Shown: in pieces, positions 47,601 to 55,681 of the stretch
Position numbering within the stretch: the stretch's first letter is position 1
Layout: the number at the start of each line of letters is the position of its first letter
NCBI RefSeq assembly: GCF_964355755.1
Contig: NC_092675.1
Coordinates: 28,988,912-29,052,911 of the forward strand
DNA length: 64,000 nt
Direction of reading: 5' to 3'
From: Antedon mediterranea
Taxonomy: Eukaryota > Animalia > Echinodermata
The notes under the pieces: generated by a model
Seen by the model: only the letters and a program-made list of their open reading frames with translations
What the model was told of the DNA's origin: nothing
The model's database searches: none
Program-made: the position numbers and the translations under genes

Positions 47601-49999
47601 AGCGTGATTTGAGGATACAAGTACTAAACAAATTTGCATATTATTTTTGACAGATGCATGGTGAAAATCACAGGTGATATGATGCTATCGTTTCCTGCTG
47701 GTATCATCAATGTGTTTACAAGTAACCCGTCTCCACCGCTTCTAACATTCAGCATTAGAAATTGTAACAAACTAGAACAAGTCCTGCCAAATAAACAACT
47801 TATTAGTCAGTAAGTGAAACAAAATAATATATTGATTTCTAGTATGACAATAGTATATAGTTCCAAAAGTCCAGGATTTAAAAAATATTAATTTGATGAC
47901 TGCCTGTGATTGAGTAAATTTCAGACTTATCTCATGTCCAAATCATATACTGCTTCTAACTTTATAAGCTCTGTCTAAACTATCAAACTTTATGTGACAA
48001 AAAATGTGTGGTAGTGATGTGACATCATCATGTCCATATATGGGCACATCACATTTTTTTTGTCCAAAGTTTGATAGTACAGTATAGACAGAGCTTTAGG
48101 TTTTCTTTATTTTATTTTTAAATACTAAATTTATGTACAAAATTTAAATTCAGCTTAAATAGGATGTAAATGACTTACATAAATACAATTTTTTTTTGTT
48201 CTATCTTAGCTGATATTGGGTTGTAATTTTCAAAGGATATATGTTTTAAGTTGTGTCTACACTATCAAACTAATTTGACAAAAAAAGTATGATGTGCTAA
48301 AATATGGTAGTTATATGACATTATCATGTCCATATAATTATGGTCACAAATAAAGTATGATAGTGTAGACAGAGCCTTAGAATACTTTTACTTTTGGAAT
48401 TGTTTGTAAATGTGTTAACATAGTACAAACTGGATAGCAGTTCATTAACTTGGCTTACCCCATTATCTCTATAGGGATGTTTCTCAAAGTAATGAGAATA
48501 GGCAAGTGTATTCATTCAATATGTCAGCACTTGTTTCGTTGCTTCGAAGTCAAGCAGAAAAAAATGCTGCAGCTTCCTTCTTTAATGTAGATATTCTGAA
48601 ATATCAGGTAAGTCATAATCTATGCTCTAAAGCACTATCTACTGTAAAAAAAAAGACAACAGAATCCTTTGACTACACATTTGTGTTGTGTGTGTGATTT
48701 GAGTATAAAGTTATAGCTTAAAGAGAATTTGTTGTATTTTGCATTCCAGGTTCGAGCACAACCAGATGCTCAGTCGTCCACGCCCTTAAAACTCTGTAGC
48801 TATTGGAAGTGCGACTCAAACACTACAGACTTAAGAGTAGATTACGTGTACAACGCTAGTGCCCTCCAACCCGCTATACCATTAATCAACGTTTCGTTGT
48901 TAGTTCCCGTTGATGGTGGCGTGTCCATTATGCATTCCAAGCCCCACGCCCAATGGTAAGTAAGAATTTTCTAAAAATAAATTTATTTTAACTGTAACCT
49001 TTTTTTTGTGTAATAATAATATTATAATACAAATGAAATTTGTTATCCTCTTTTTTTTAGGTCAGCCGAAAACAATAGAGCCTTATGGAAAATACCAGAG
49101 ATCTCACAGAAGATGGAGGATGGTGGATCTGGCTCAATACGGGCCAAATTTGAGCTGACGAATGGACCAAGCAAACCGTCCACGCTGGCTGTCAACTTTG
49201 GATGTGATGGTAGCACGTTGTCTGGTATTGATGTAGATTTAGTGGGAACGTCTTACCGTCTCTCCCTTGTGAAAAAGAGATTTTCTTCTGGTAAGTTTTA
49301 ATTGAATTGAATTGATCACTTTATTTCAGAATAAAAATTCCATATATTACAACAACAATATTACTAAAAGGAAAGGAATATCACACTAAAATAGGATTTT
49401 TTCCCATTTAGTGAAGAGATTTAAAAATTGTAACAGATAGTTTGTAGTACACCTAACAAGATCATTTTCAAAACTGTTATAATAATGTATATCTATTGTA
49501 TGTTGTATCCATCAATTTTGTGCTCTCCAATGGCCGTGGTAGAAACAAAGAGTGGTGCTGAGTTTTTCTTAGATTATTATTTTTTTGTAAATATGATAAT
49601 ATGCCACCGGTATAACTGTTGGGTCATGCTTAAAACACAGAAATTCTGAGTTTAGATGCTTAATAACATCATCATCGCACGTTCCACGAACTCTTTCCAG
49701 AAGTTTACCTTGCTTTGGTACAGCGATCATAAGATGAGCCTGCATTATGCCCTTTTCTTCTGATGACACAATTATCTATAACAGAATTACACCACCTCCA
49801 TGTGACTACCTTTATGACATGAAATCGACAATATAATCCATGAGACTATGCAATGCAAATATTATTATGTGATGATGAAATTATGTACAATATTATATTC
49901 TCTGTTATGTAATAATGAAATTATTTATTATATTCCAAATATATATTATAAATAACCTTCTTTTCCTTTTTTGTAGGTAAATATTTATCAGAAAGTTGA
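2654..49999 (+). CDS. FCHO2: F-BAR domain only protein (FCHO1/2 / muniscin orthologue), 25 coding exons, ~951 aa
   Basis: Exons: 2654-2680, 6454-6545, 21312-21386, 23023-23164, 29464-29535, 29991-30096, 31866-31945, 32623-32721, 33401-33497, 35590-35722, 36150-36165, 40013-40067, 40634-40827, 41267-41285, 41626-41665, 41817-41944, 43229-43330, 44341-44601, 46038-46192, 47018-47232, 47654-47809, 48475-48607, 48750-48955, 49061-49290, 49977-49999. Phases are compatible and the total of 2856 nt is open. Motifs: [16 protein letters not shown] (F-BAR), [10 protein letters not shown]...SESDSD...IHVEIKP (APA), [31 protein letters not shown]...[15 protein letters not shown] (muHD). Confidence 0.93.
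6454..6545 (+). CDS. FCHO2: FCHO exon 2 ([17 protein letters not shown]...FIRE)
   Basis: CAG acceptor, GTGAG donor, F-BAR motif. Confidence 0.92.
7558..8203 (-). mobile_element. tRNA-derived SINE with an internal 133-bp tandem amplification
   Basis: Minus-strand A-box (TAGTGAGTGGTTAAG) and B-box (GGGTTCGAGGC) at ~8130-8200, AT-rich tail near 7560. Units start at 7583, 7716, 7849 and 7985. Unamplified relatives at ~23376-23580 and ~29700-29810. Confidence 0.7.
8260..9361. mobile_element. 1.1-kb non-autonomous DNA transposon with TTAA target duplication (Kolobok- or piggyBac-like)
   Basis: TTAA|AATGGACCTGAAATGGA-TTTCGATTTT ... AAAATCGAAATTCCATTTCAGGTCCATT|TTAA; CpG-rich interior. Confidence 0.82.
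10140..10386. repeat. 30-bp minisatellite, 8 copies
   Basis: Unit TACAGTATACCTCTATTAAAGGGACACCCA. Confidence 0.95.
11866..12255 (+). mobile_element. Old degenerate DIRS-derived non-autonomous relic
   Basis: Right terminus TACCAACAACACTGTTGGTTTGTGTA at 12230-12255 (one mismatch). Weak left-ITR similarity from ~11866. Confidence 0.5.
14876..16405 (+). CDS. DIRS gag-like ORF1 with N-terminal Cys/His finger, interrupted by an in-frame TGA at 14981-14983
   Basis: ATG 14876 reads [11 protein letters not shown]...[23 protein letters not shown], in frame with the 445-codon ORF 15068-16405. AAARR and LFFG-like motifs and a basic C-terminus are typical of DIRS gag. Confidence 0.8.
16446..18428 (+). 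CDS. DIRS pol: reverse transcriptase, RNase H and adenine methyltransferase-like domain
   Basis: VGGRL N-terminal motif; [30 protein letters not shown] (RT); [25 protein letters not shown] (RNase H); VDLFA...YAFPP...[10 protein letters not shown] (MT). Confidence 0.95.
   Translation: MGGRLKRFSRVWETLTTDRWVLSTVTHGYRIEFSSPPVSGGARHTRIPSEPEKSQALMTGLEALLQKGAVVHVQKEQLTIPGHESTVFLAQKKSGDWRPILNLKSLNKRYIRPRRFRMETVSSILLGLRRGDWAATIDLKDAYFHVPIAQEHQSWLRFRIHDQVYQFVALPFGLSTAPRVFTRLVRTLAAFFHQHGIRVFMYLDDWLIVAQSRDQLLSSLSFVRLVTEQAGFIINEEKSCLLPSQNPLYLGAQINLVTGRACPSIERVAKARTAVLHLINAQAPTAYDWLRTLGSLASFVALVPFCRLRMRPLHLHLLAAYRPRSDSLHKVVPTNAFIISHLEWWLVEDRLLVGTPIQRSIPDVRVETDASEVGWGGHIPSPDIRVSGLWSPEETRAHINLLELWAVERSLEALLPHLANRHVLVNSDNTTVVAYINRQGGTRSPTLCCHTWTLLMWCIRHNIQLSAAHIAGRLNIVADALSRPLLRPTEWRLLPIIATQIFNHFGRPHVDLFATSGNTQLPTFCSRYRDAHAWAVDALSIPWDNLWAYAFPPISILPLVLTHIQRHQCRVLLIAPYWPRQPWFPLLLGLLYDQPLRLPIRNDLLTQGRARFALPNLISLDLTVWPLSGIVSETQAFQMVRPPSRRNPDGNPLLLSTIAD
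16478..19345 (+). CDS. DIRS tyrosine recombinase ORF3, overlapping pol in another frame
   Basis: The C-terminal ~330 aa carry integrase motifs: [51 protein letters not shown]. Confidence 0.93.
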   Translation: MGDPDHRQMGSLHRDSRVSYRIFEPSGERRCPAHEDSVRAGKESSAHDGPRSTAPERSCGACSKGTTYDPGTRIHRFPRPEKIGRLATHPKPQKSEQAVHPAPQVQDGDCLIYPVGAKTRGLGSHNRLERRVLSRAYCARTPELAALPHSRSGIPIRSSAVRPLNGPTSVYSSSENPGGVLSSTRHQSVHVLRRLVDRGPVQGPAAEQLIFCPPRDGTSRVHNKRGEVMSSPFSEPSVSRSPNKFGYGPCVPIHRACGQGKNCSATSYQCSGSDGVRLATHLGVTGQLRRPRSVLPVKDAASASAPSGSVPPKIRLSTQGGSNECVHYLASRMVARGRQVTCGHTYTKVNSGCPCGNGRIRSRLGRSHTVSGHSRLRPLVARGDARPHQPARTLGSRALIGGSSSPSGKSPCSRQFRQHNRRGIHKQARGYTVPHAMLPHVDVANVVYKTQHPTVSGPHCGSSEHSGGRTVPSTSTSYGMASSSNNRHPDLQPLWAAPCRSVCDVRQHAAPDVLQSISGCTCVGGGCPVHTMGQPLGICLSTDFNTATGPDAHSAPSMPSPTNSAVLAQAAVVSTASGPSVRSAVTSSDSERLADAGPSSVCSTEPHIPRPDCMAIVRDRFRDSGIPDGPAALAAKSRRESTLAVYNSRLKHFFEWCKRQKTDPMKVTLGQVCAFLHYLFESGLQVRTVSGYRSALAAVIPNFKDGSTISSSPAISSLLRGMFRERPPTKALIPRWDVNVVLAALMRPPFEPLSRASLYNLTLKTAFLIALASCKRRGELHALSLEPGHIRFERGGARLVFRKDFLAKSQTLNFSPPTVFIPTIAAYSGVEEDRLWCPVRALKFYIKRTESIRVSASHLFISTVAPFRPAARSTLANWVVAAIRAGYDSTDTPPPAHMHQVRGIAASWALFAGVPLPDILQAAWWRSQSTFTSHYLSDTSANQSTVAASILKPRH
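19409..19506. repeat. DIRS internal complementary region (ICR)
   Basis: Reverse complement of the left terminus (AGTCTATATCGTGCC...ATAAGCC) directly joined to the reverse complement of the right terminus (...GGTTTGTGTA). Confidence 0.9.
20452..20700. repeat. 18-bp minisatellite, ~14 copies
   Basis: Unit CATTTATACTCCTGGACC. Confidence 0.95.
20790..20889 (-). mobile_element. Degenerate ~100-bp miniature DIRS derivative with both termini
   Basis: Begins TACACAAACCAATAGTGGT (right end, reverse complement). Ends GGTTTAGCCAGGTAAAGCTAGGCACAAAATAAACT (left end, reverse complement). Confidence 0.65.
21312..21386 (+). CDS. FCHO2: FCHO exon 3 ([16 protein letters not shown])
   Basis: CAG/GTGAGT, phase 2-2, F-BAR IEETYSK motif. 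Confidence 0.92.
21770..22405. repeat. Three diverged ~200-bp tandem units derived from a GTGGGAACCAAGC-ended MITE plus flank
   Basis: Repeated GGCTTGGATGCAATAGAACGCAA...GCATCTATGTGGGAACCAAG...GAATTGACTGCTGAAC...CCGATGCTATTATA. Confidence 0.75.
23023..23164 (+). CDS. FCHO2: FCHO exon 4 ([10 protein letters not shown]...[11 protein letters not shown])
   Basis: TAG/GTAGGT, F-BAR. Confidence 0.92.
23376..23580 (-). mobile_element. SINE body fragment, same family as 7558-8203
   Basis: Shares TCAAAGACTG...TGTACTAGTACAC...CTTTAAAGTGC...GGACCTACGGTTTATAGT. Confidence 0.7.
24670..25218. repeat. 61-bp tandem repeat, ~9 copies
   Basis: Unit TCTTTGTATGCTGCAATCTGAAAGAGAGTAAAACAATAGGTCAGAGTCTCAATACTGTATG. 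Confidence 0.95.
27455..27599. repeat. 22-bp minisatellite, ~6 copies
   Basis: Unit GTAGTGGCTGGAGTAGTCACTA. Confidence 0.9.
29264..29404. mobile_element. PIF/Harbinger (Tourist-like) MITE, representative of ~15 copies in the window
   Basis: TIR AGCTCTGTCTACACTA, TTA target duplication, internal GATATGCCCAAATATGGTAGT repeat. Other copies start near 5242, 12640, 12793, 25597, 35354, 35820, 39718, 41406, 42652, 43013, 47967, 48249, 54470 and 54586. Confidence 0.88.
29464..29535 (+). CDS. FCHO2: FCHO exon 5
   Basis: TAG/GTAAGT; [24 protein letters not shown]. Confidence 0.88.
29991..30096 (+). CDS. FCHO2: FCHO exon 6
   Basis: CAG/GTAAGT; [17 protein letters not shown]...[13 protein letters not shown]. 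Confidence 0.92.
30168..30789. mobile_element. TTAA-flanked non-autonomous DNA transposon (Kolobok-like)
   Basis: TTAA|AGCTCAGCTACG ... CGCACCTGACCT|TTAA imperfect TIRs. Confidence 0.55.
31403..31561. mobile_element. Harbinger-like MITE, second family
   Basis: TIR AGCTTGGTTCCCAC / GTGGGAACCAAGC. Relatives at ~27257-27400, 31620-31735 and 21797-21932. Confidence 0.75.
31866..31945 (+). CDS. FCHO2: FCHO exon 7
   Basis: TAG/GTAAGT; [21 protein letters not shown]. Confidence 0.9.
32113..32451. mobile_element. Harbinger-like MITE, third family
   Basis: AGGCCCATTTATATTAGGA ... TCCTAGTGTAAATGGGCCT. Confidence 0.7.
32623..32721 (+). CDS. FCHO2: FCHO exon 8
   Basis: TAG/GTACTC; [17 protein letters not shown]. 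Confidence 0.9.
33401..33497 (+). CDS. FCHO2: FCHO exon 9
   Basis: CAG/GTAAGT; IQHEFSQQ...SKGTGKDK. Confidence 0.9.
33654..33836. repeat. 61-bp tandem repeat, 3 copies
   Basis: Unit GACACTGTTTGCACTCAGAGCCTCTAATTCC...TATAACA. Confidence 0.9.
35590..35722 (+). CDS. FCHO2: FCHO exon 10
   Basis: CAG/GTAAGC; SIEFEECD followed by a Lys-rich patch. Confidence 0.88.
36150..36165 (+). CDS. FCHO2: FCHO 16-nt microexon
   Basis: TTTTACAG/GTAAGT; needed to convert phase 2 to phase 0. Confidence 0.75.
36725..37118. repeat. 15-16-bp minisatellite
   Basis: Unit TGTGGTAGTGCCATC with variants. Confidence 0.92.
40013..40067 (+). CDS. FCHO2: FCHO exon 12 ([18 protein letters not shown]), ends at a U12 donor
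   Basis: TAG acceptor; followed by ATATCCTTT. Confidence 0.88.
40068..40633 (+). other. U12-type (minor spliceosome) AT-AC intron
   Basis: 5' site ATATCCTTT, branch-like TATCTTAAT ~40613-40621, 3' site TAC at 40631-40633. Joining keeps the conserved APA frame. Confidence 0.85.
40634..40827 (+). CDS. FCHO2: FCHO exon 13 (APA region)
   Basis: [33 protein letters not shown]...SVDEIKAS...LTLSPA; GTAAGT donor. Confidence 0.9.
41267..41285 (+). CDS. FCHO2: FCHO 19-nt microexon
   Basis: TTGCAG/GTAAGT, phase 0 to 1. Confidence 0.7.
41626..41665 (+). CDS. FCHO2: FCHO 40-nt linker exon
   Basis: TTTAG/GTTAGA, phase 1 to 2. Confidence 0.7.
41817..41944 (+). CDS. FCHO2: FCHO Ser-rich linker exon ([10 protein letters not shown])
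   Basis: TTGCAG/GTAAGT; DLxAxDPL resembles the vertebrate FCHO linker. Confidence 0.82.
43229..43330 (+). CDS. FCHO2: FCHO linker exon (possible cassette, phase 1-1)
   Basis: TGTAG/GTAAGC, 102 nt, open. Confidence 0.6.
44132..44200 (+). mobile_element. Degenerate tRNA-like SINE head
   Basis: A-box-like TTTAGTGGTAGA and B-box GGTTCGAATCC; stems are degenerate. Confidence 0.4.
44341..44601 (+). CDS. FCHO2: FCHO Pro-rich linker exon (possible cassette, phase 1-1)
   Basis: TAGTAG tandem acceptor, GTAAGC donor, 261 nt open and GC-richer than its flanks. Confidence 0.7.
46038..46192 (+). CDS. FCHO2: FCHO Pro-rich exon
   Basis: TACAG/GTACTA; PPTLPAKN...PPPPPRS. Confidence 0.82.
47018..47232 (+). 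CDS. FCHO2: FCHO exon, start of mu-homology domain
   Basis: [31 protein letters not shown]; CAG/GTAAGT. Confidence 0.93.
47654..47809 (+). CDS. FCHO2: FCHO muHD exon
   Basis: [17 protein letters not shown]...LEQVLPN; CAG/GTAAGT. Confidence 0.93.
48475..48607 (+). CDS. FCHO2: FCHO muHD exon
   Basis: [10 protein letters not shown]...[10 protein letters not shown]; TAG/GTAAGT. Confidence 0.93.
48750..48955 (+). CDS. FCHO2: FCHO muHD exon
   Basis: [12 protein letters not shown]...[10 protein letters not shown]...VPVDGGV; CAG/GTAAGT. Confidence 0.93.
49061..49290 (+). CDS. FCHO2: FCHO muHD exon
   Basis: LWKIPEIS...[12 protein letters not shown]...GSTLSG...[10 protein letters not shown]; TAG/GTAAGT. 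Confidence 0.93.
49977..49999 (+). CDS. FCHO2: FCHO last coding exon (GKYLSES*)
   Basis: Strong pyrimidine tract plus TAG acceptor; TGA at 49997-49999. Confidence 0.88.
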
Positions 50000-50929
50000 A
50001 AGTGACTTTGTTCCATTCATGTTTCCATACCATTAGATATAGAGAATATACAGTTGCTGGATTCAGACCAAGCCACGAACATTTTCCGATGTGCGAATAA
50101 TGTTCTAATCAGGGATAAACAGTAATATCAATAATAAAATATACTCACAAATGTCCATGATATAATAAACAGTTTTACATTTTAGGAGTATTTGGGGAAA
50201 GCATACCTTGCACAATTGTGAAAGATAACCATGAGGCTAAATATAGAATATAAATAATAATAGCACATATCATATTTTGTAACCTTTTCATTAATATCAT
50301 TTAAATCAAATATCTAATTAAGGACTGTACATTTTACCTTCTGATTTATTTTAGGTATAAACAATGTCAATTTAAAAAGGGAATATGTTTAAAATGGGTG
50401 CTTTTCTTACATTCGGATGTTAAAATAATTATACATTTCGAGGGATTAGACTCATGTTGGTGGTTGATTGATACATTAATGTTACTCATTCTCTCATTTC
50501 TCTTGAGAGAGGCAAGAAGTGTTTGCAACATTTTTATGTAGCAGCTGTTTTGAATTCCCATAAAATTGACATTCACATACATCATGTTGTACAATGTGAA
50601 TATGTTTCTCTTTTTCTGATAAATACCTTATTTTTTAAGAGCCATTAATCAATTTGGAAAACATAATATTTTTTCATTTTTAGTCCTACTTAATTCTCAG
50701 GTTCCAAATAATAAAAGCCAGTCTTAGATTGTTTTAAGTAAGCTGTATACTGCTGTGGTTATAAGTGATTCAGTATAATGCACTAGCGAAACTTCTCAAG
50801 GAGGGCTTACCCCGTGGCATGTGCACTTATATACTTATTCAATGTGTATTCAATACAAGTGCCTTTGTCATATTTCCACTAAAATCATATTTTCTTACGT
50901 TATCATGGCTAACATTCCTTTATCACTCA

Positions 50930-51118
50930 TTGTAAGCTGGTCAGTATACTGGATGTCCAGCTATCAATTGTAAGCTGTTCAATATATTGGACATCCAGTT
51001 ATCAATTGTAAGCTGTTCAATATTACTGGATGTCCAGCTATCAATTGTAAGCTGTTCAATATAATGGATGTCCAGCTATCAAATGTAAGCTGTTCAAAAA
51101 GACGTCCAGCTATCAATT
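50930..51118. repeat. ~38-bp tandem repeat, 5 copies, in the presumed FCHO 3' UTR
   Basis: Unit TTGTAAGCTGTTCAATATANTGGATGTCCAGCTATCAA. Confidence 0.85.
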
Positions 51119-52880
51119 TAATCAATTTAAATACCTTCTATTGTTATTAGGCAAAAAAGTGAATGAAAAGATGATTATATTTTTCTCCATATATTAGTTA
51201 TTAAGATATGCGATAGGTAAGGGCAAGTTGTAAAAGAAAGCAGTGCTAGACTATCAGAATAATGTTTAAAACTTATTCTAGTGCTGCAGTGACTGCAGTA
51301 AACTACATATTATTTGAGTTTCTTTCAATACAGTCAATTTAACAGTGTGTATGATAACCCGAACAAAAGCTTACTAACCTCAAAAAGGCTTGCTATATAA
51401 TTGCATAAACAAGTTATGTAGGTACTGCAGTAACTACAGTATTGTACAGTACAGTACAGTATTTTGACATGGTTCCTTACAATGTCATTTAAACCATTTT
51501 ACAAGATGTTTAATCTCTGGCTAATGGTATACAAATAATGAATGTTGAATAGTGTGTACTATTATATGTCATGTGACCCACATTCATTCAATCAAATGAC
51601 AGGAATTGATTTAGGTGTATAACATAATATGCTTATGCAGCAGCAGGTCTGTAGGTCAATAGGTTAATCCACTCTATACTGATGAATATCATTAGTATAA
51701 AACAACAATTGTACATTATAGTTAAGATTTGACTACATACGAACATCTATGTATAAAGCTTTCCAAGTTTATTGATGTATAGATATGAATGTATTTCTGT
51801 TAAAAAATATTTATGAGCTAATTTTTGTACTTGAGTTATTCCAGAATTTAAAGTTGGAAATATTTGTAATTATAAAGAATTAATCGATCGACAAATTTAA
51901 ATAATTTGTAAATGGATATTGTGAAATAGTTGTACATATCATGACTTGACCAATCAATATTTTTCAACAACATAATTGTCACATAAGCAACTGACATAAT
52001 GATATTATCTTCTACTGATTTTTGTTCCTTTAGGGAACAACTTAGTGAAAATGTAACAACTGTCACTAAGCAATTCACTTTTTTTTATTAAGAATGTCAG
52101 AAATTGTCATACGATTTGTCACTTTAACAATTGTTACTTTTGCAATTCAATTTTCACTTTAAAAATTGTCATTTTGACATTAAAATTGTCACTTTGACAA
52201 TTGTAACTTTGGTATTGTCACTTTGACAATTGTCATTTGTTTGTTACTTTGCTAGTGACCATTTTCTACCTATTATGTTGTCACTGGTTACTTGTCACTT
52301 GGACCTTCACTTTGTCATTTAAATAATTCAGTTATTGAAATGCTTTGGATTTTAAAAGATGGAACTAAACTGTTTACATAAGATGACTTTCTCTAGAAAT
52401 TGTCATTTTCAACAATTGCGAAAAAAAAGGGAAAATAATTCCTCCATCTTATGACGATTATTATCCGTTAGCATGCTTACTTTACATTTTTTTCAAATGC
52501 AATTATGTTTGTATATATAGATTATGATTCAATCAGATATGATCTTAGGTTTTTTAATGTACTTTAACGTTAGTTATTTTATGATCTAATATATAAAATA
52601 TAAAAATTATGTGAAATATTGTTGATTTTTATAGCGGGGTGGATTTATAAATAATCTTTGTGATTCCATAAGCTGTAAGATTATGTTATAGTGAGCAACA
52701 TTTCTGTAGTTAACTTTGAATATAGAGGAACTAAAACCAAAAACGTTACTCGTACAGTACTCAATTTTGTTGTATCCTTTGCTCTTAAGGAAGGTCTGTA
52801 GTTACAACAGCTAACATTATTTTGCTTTTCATTCTACCTACACCTTTACTTTGCAGCAAATATTGACTGTTTTAGACTAG

Positions 52881-53068
52881 AGGCCAATTTACACAGACGA
52901 GCGGTAACGATAATAAAATTATAGAATCTATGTTATTCTTTATGACCATTTGCACACAACGTGGAGTGGCCTGGTGGGTTCCCGCTCACGATAGTTACAG
53001 ATTCTACGTGGGACAAGCTACGCAGTTTTTTTCTATTGCAGTTACCGCTCGTCTGTGTAAATTGGTCT
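52881..53068. mobile_element. Harbinger-like hairpin MITE
   Basis: AGGCCAATTTACACAGACGAGCGGTAAC ... GTTACCGCTCGTCTGTGTAAATTGGTCT. Confidence 0.8.
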
Positions 53069-54469
53069 TAAGTAACTTATATCAAATTGGACTTACTGCA
53101 CCAACGTAGATTTTTATGAATATATAATTATAACTTTTCATTTAACCGTGTTCGAACTAAATCTCTAAATAAAAATTGAATTTTGTAGAGGACTGGCATT
53201 TAAATAACTTCCACTTAACACATATACATAAAACTAAACATATTATAGGAAAATAAAATTACATTATGTACATAAAATTATATTGTAATATCGCAATATA
53301 TATCCTACACTATGTTAGTTTAAGTGGTTATCTAATTTTTATAAACATATTTTATTGTACAATTTATAAATGTTAAAGAGTAGTTAATATAATTTACATG
53401 TAATTGTTTCTTTTGATTTAAAGATGATGATTATATTTTGGTGAATATTTCACGAACAAGAATTGCATTAAGAATGATGTAGAGGTAAAACAAAATCTAA
53501 ACTGATAAATATTGATAATTTCTCTCAAATGGTATAATAATTTTCTGTGAATTAATTTCATATCAGGTCAGTAAGTTTATGGTATCATTTAAAGCCAGAA
53601 CTTTACATTACCTAAACCCTCTTTGGCAGGTTGAGTTAATTTGTGGTAGTCACATAAAGAGAACTCGAACATTTGTGGTATAGTATGCCATGCTTGATTA
53701 AGACGTACACTCTTGTGTCCAAGAGTGATTATACTTCATAGTCTGTATTGATCCTTAAAACCTAAAAATCATGTAAATGCAGGCAAGTTGTTAGTGCAGA
53801 TTATGGACATATTAGTAATTAAGTGACGTTTTTCTTTTATATTGTTAAATTGATTTATTAATATCTTGAATTGGACATTCATTTTACAGAAAGCTAATAT
53901 ATGTTTCTATAGGTTTTGATCAAAGTTATACCTTATATGGTTAATGTCAGTTTGTTACTAAAAACACATTATTTTGCATTCATTATGCAACATTTAGGCT
54001 ACTGCTTGTATGTGTGGTCATCTAAATGTGTAGGTACGTCTGTACTTTTGACCTATGACCTAGGCTACTGCTTGCGTGTGGTACTCTACTTTCTTTAATG
54101 AACTGTATTTTTTCATAGAAAATAAATAAAACTTGTTAGTTTATTGAAATCATCAATTTTGTCTCTTTTATTTAGTATTTTCTGTATGTCCGAGAAAGAG
54201 AGATTTAGGCCGTGTTTCTGCAGTAAAAAATCAACTGATAATTAACCGATAAACTGCCCATGGAAACAGGGTTTAACCGATTCCACTCAAGAAAAATTAA
54301 CTGATAATTATCTCATTCAAATCAGATAATTATTCGATAAATTTGATAATTTTAACCTTTGACCTGAAGGACAAATCAGTGCTTTGTGATCTGGCTCTTG
54401 GTTGTTTGGTAATGTCTGATCATGCACGCTTTATTTTGTTAAGTATCTGATTGGTTAAATCCTAACTTA

Positions 54470-54728
54470 AGCTCTGTCTACACTTCATGTGACGAAAAAT
54501 GTGATGTGCCCATATAAGGACATGAAGCACATCAAACTTTTGTTGTCAGTTTGATAATTATATTGATAGTGTAGACAGAGCTTTAAGCTATGTCTACACT
54601 ATCAAAATAATTTGACAAAAAAAGTGTGATGTGTCGAAATATGGTGGTGATATACCCAAATATGGTAGTGATATGACATCATCATGTCCATATATAGGCA
54701 CATGAAGTTTGATAGTGTAGACAGAGCT
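54470..54728. mobile_element. Tandem pair of Tourist-like MITEs sharing TTA target sites
   Basis: TTA|54470-54582|TTA|54586-54728|TTA. Confidence 0.85.
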
Positions 54729-55608
54729 TTATTATAAGCTAGCTAAACTTTGCAACCGTATGAGGGCGCAAGATAGAAAACAAAAAGCAGCAGCAACAAT
54801 TATGAGGTATATTCTGAGCGTCATTATTATTATGACGATGATGGAGCATTCTCTACTTCTCTCTACGGAGCGCCATTTATGCCTTTATTTACTTCCGAAA
54901 TAGAAATAGTACTACGGTAACTGGTCCAGTGGATCAAATTTGGCACCGGTGGAGCACAGTGATATAGAATAGAAATAAGTCACTAATTTAAATATATTTT
55001 CGTATGTTAAGACTTTGCTCAAGTGGACCCAATTTGGCACAAGGGGAGCACATTGATATAAAATAAAAATAATTAGTCACTGCATTTTAACATCTTTTCG
55101 TATGTTAATAAACTGTGCTCAAGTGGACCCAATTTGGTGCTATAAAATAAAAATAAGTTACTGCATTTTAATATTTTTTCGTATGTTAACATACTGTGCT
55201 CAAGTGGACCCAATTTGGCGCCAGCGGAGCACATTGATATAAAATACAAATAAAGTCACTGGATTTTAATATCTTTCTGTATGTTAATACACTGTGCTTA
55301 ATTGAACCCAATTTAACACCAGAGGAGCACAGTGGTATATAAAAATAAAGTCACTAAATTTTAATAAATGTAAGAAACAACAATATCCTTTGTGTTCCCT
55401 TAAGCAGAGTCAATATTCATTACTTTCCATAAAAAAAAAAATATCCGTAGAGGTTCGAACCCAGGCTGACAGCACCCAAACCTGAGAATTACCCATTAAG
55501 CCACAAAGTAGTAGATGGGTGAACAGCTGATAATAGTCTATTTATACATGTATTACGTAATTCATCATTACATCATATATATCATATTAACCTTGTTAAA
55601 ACCAAAAT

Positions 55609-55681
55609 GACCAGTTAGCTCAGGCGACTGAGCGTCGTGTTGACAACACGCATGTCGTGGGTTCGATTCCCACGCTGGTCG
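55609..55681 (+). tRNA. tRNA-like cloverleaf (Ile-type body, GAC anticodon), probably a SINE head or pseudo-tRNA
   Basis: Acceptor GACCAGT/GCTGGTC, D stem GCTC/GAGC, anticodon stem CGTG/CACG with loop TTGACAA, T stem GTGGG/CCCAC with TTCGATT. The D-loop lacks GG. Confidence 0.5.

Noticed and set aside
49569-49775. Antisense exon-like ORF in the last FCHO intron
   Set aside because: No partner exons or recognisable protein similarity.
54115-54135. AATAAA cluster as the FCHO polyadenylation site (would give a ~4-kb 3' UTR)
   Set aside because: AATAAA is frequent in this AT-rich DNA; it cannot be chosen without transcript data.
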